Assembly (NCBI GenBank): GCA_016187395.1
Contig: JACPJV010000014.1
Coordinates: 891-64,890 of the forward strand
Source of the DNA: Candidatus Aenigmatarchaeota archaeon
Lineage (GTDB): Archaea; Aenigmatarchaeota; Aenigmatarchaeia; GW2011-AR5; JACRAC01
DNA length: 64,000 bases
Direction: 5' to 3'
Shown here: positions 62,998 through 64,000 of the stretch, piece by piece
Layout of the letters: each line of letters opens with the position of its first letter
Position numbering within the stretch: position 1 is the stretch's first letter
Program-made: the position numbers and the translations under genes
The notes under the pieces: model-generated
Told to the model about the DNA's origin: nothing
The model's database searches: none
What the model saw: the letters and a program-made list of their open reading frames with translations, nothing else

Positions 62998-63812
62998 AAT
63001 ATTGCCAGGGCCTCCAGTGCTGCCCCTAAAACTATAAGCATTTCTGCGGCAAGTATCCAGACAAGGGAATCCTTTACAACTTCGTTGAATTCCGGGGTTC
63101 CCGGGGTCTCGCGGATTAACGCTGTTGACAATATACCGCCGGCAACGCCTGCGAAAAAGTATCCTGCTATTTCCGGTATTCCGTGCAGCGCGATCGAGGC
63201 TAGGCCTGCTGACACACCGTAAAGATATGCTGTCGGCTGCCCAAGGCTTGGAACCAATTTTTCGGCAAATATTCCCAGGTATACAGCTATTACAGATGCG
63301 TTCCACGTCAATATGAATATGGCTCCTGCCCCGAATATGACTGACAGAATAAAGAAGATCATCATAACCTGCGTATTGTTCATGAGATAGACCTGGAAAT
63401 GCGCCGGGTCTACTACCGCCCCTGCCAGAAAATTGTTTGACTTGAACCAGTCTAATTGCAAGGAGAAAACGTTGCTGTAATCCTGGACAAACATGAATAC
63501 AAAACTGAACGTTATTATTGTGCCCAAGAAGAATGCGGAATATGATACTATAAGGGGTTTGTGTCTGGTCAGGAATCCGTGAATGTGTTGGTGAGATTCT
63601 TTTCTGTCAACTTCTTCTTCCAATGAAAGCATTTTGTGAAAGTATGGCACAAAGAACATTGCCATCAGGGCTACTGCAAAGGCAGAAGCCTGTGCAGGAA
63701 AGACCATGTTTGCCAGCCATATTGCCAAAAACGAGAAAACTGCCGATAGCGCAACAAGATAATATGGCTTTTTCTTTGCAGTCTCGGGGCTAAGCAACGA
63801 CTCCAATACCAT
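62994..63812 (-). CDS. SpoIIM/DUF95-like membrane protein
   Basis: 6 TM; HGIPEIAGYFFAG motif. Confidence 0.55.
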   Translation of the reverse strand: MVLESLLSPETAKKKPYYLVALSAVFSFLAIWLANMVFPAQASAFAVALMAMFFVPYFHKMLSLEEEVDRKESHQHIHGFLTRHKPLIVSYSAFFLGTIITFSFVFMFVQDYSNVFSLQLDWFKSNNFLAGAVVDPAHFQVYLMNNTQVMMIFFILSVIFGAGAIFILTWNASVIAVYLGIFAEKLVPSLGQPTAYLYGVSAGLASIALHGIPEIAGYFFAGVAGGILSTALIRETPGTPEFNEVVKDSLVWILAAEMLIVLGAALEALAIF

Positions 63813-64000
63813 ATATCTGGTAACCTACACTTCTCATATAAAGATTTCTGTAATTTGTTACCTCACTTTACGAGCGGTGTGCCAAATTCTCTATACATTC
63901 AGTAGCAGACTATATAAAAAGCCTTCAACTCCTATTTAGAAACGATGTCAAATGCGTTTGTCAGCCATATCAATATTTGACAAACAAGCAGAAGGCTTCG

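Overview
The window reads as a compact archaeal chromosome segment. Its gene content and small proteins suggest an uncultivated DPANN-like lineage, but I cannot confirm lineage without searches. All calls come from the ORF track plus motif recall and manual folding; no HMM or BLAST was run.

Housekeeping content: leuS, alaS, ftsZ, a secE-spt5-(truncated L11)...L1-P0-P1 ribosomal cluster, purB/purC, radA, RPA, a histone, an Orc1/Cdc6-like ATPase, XPD, DnaG, Hjc, HMG-CoA reductase, PGM/PMM, two aminopeptidases, a mer-like redox operon and a FolE/QueD pterin cluster.

Most notable observations:
1. A tRNA-Gln(CUG) gene (20346-20826, minus strand) is interrupted three times. The canonical 37/38 interruption is a 355-nt bulge-helix-bulge intron that is almost entirely an HNH endonuclease ORF.
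2. Its T-loop (59/60) intron is a paralog of the T-loop intron in tRNA-Arg(UCU) at 2463-2572.
3. An AT-rich defense island (about 31.2-37.3 kb) holds a BcnI/MvaI-like restriction-modification system with a Csa3-like (CARF + wHTH) gene in the controller position. Next to it is a translationally coupled SIR2-DUF262 pair that converges on a second, otherwise orphan DNA methyltransferase. This is a candidate new RM-like NAD-depletion system.
4. Several covarying hairpin or ncRNA families crowd the gene 3' ends.
5. A GTTCAC iteron field lies next to the Orc1/Cdc6-like gene and is a possible replication origin.

No rRNA genes, CRISPR arrays, integrases or transposases were seen.
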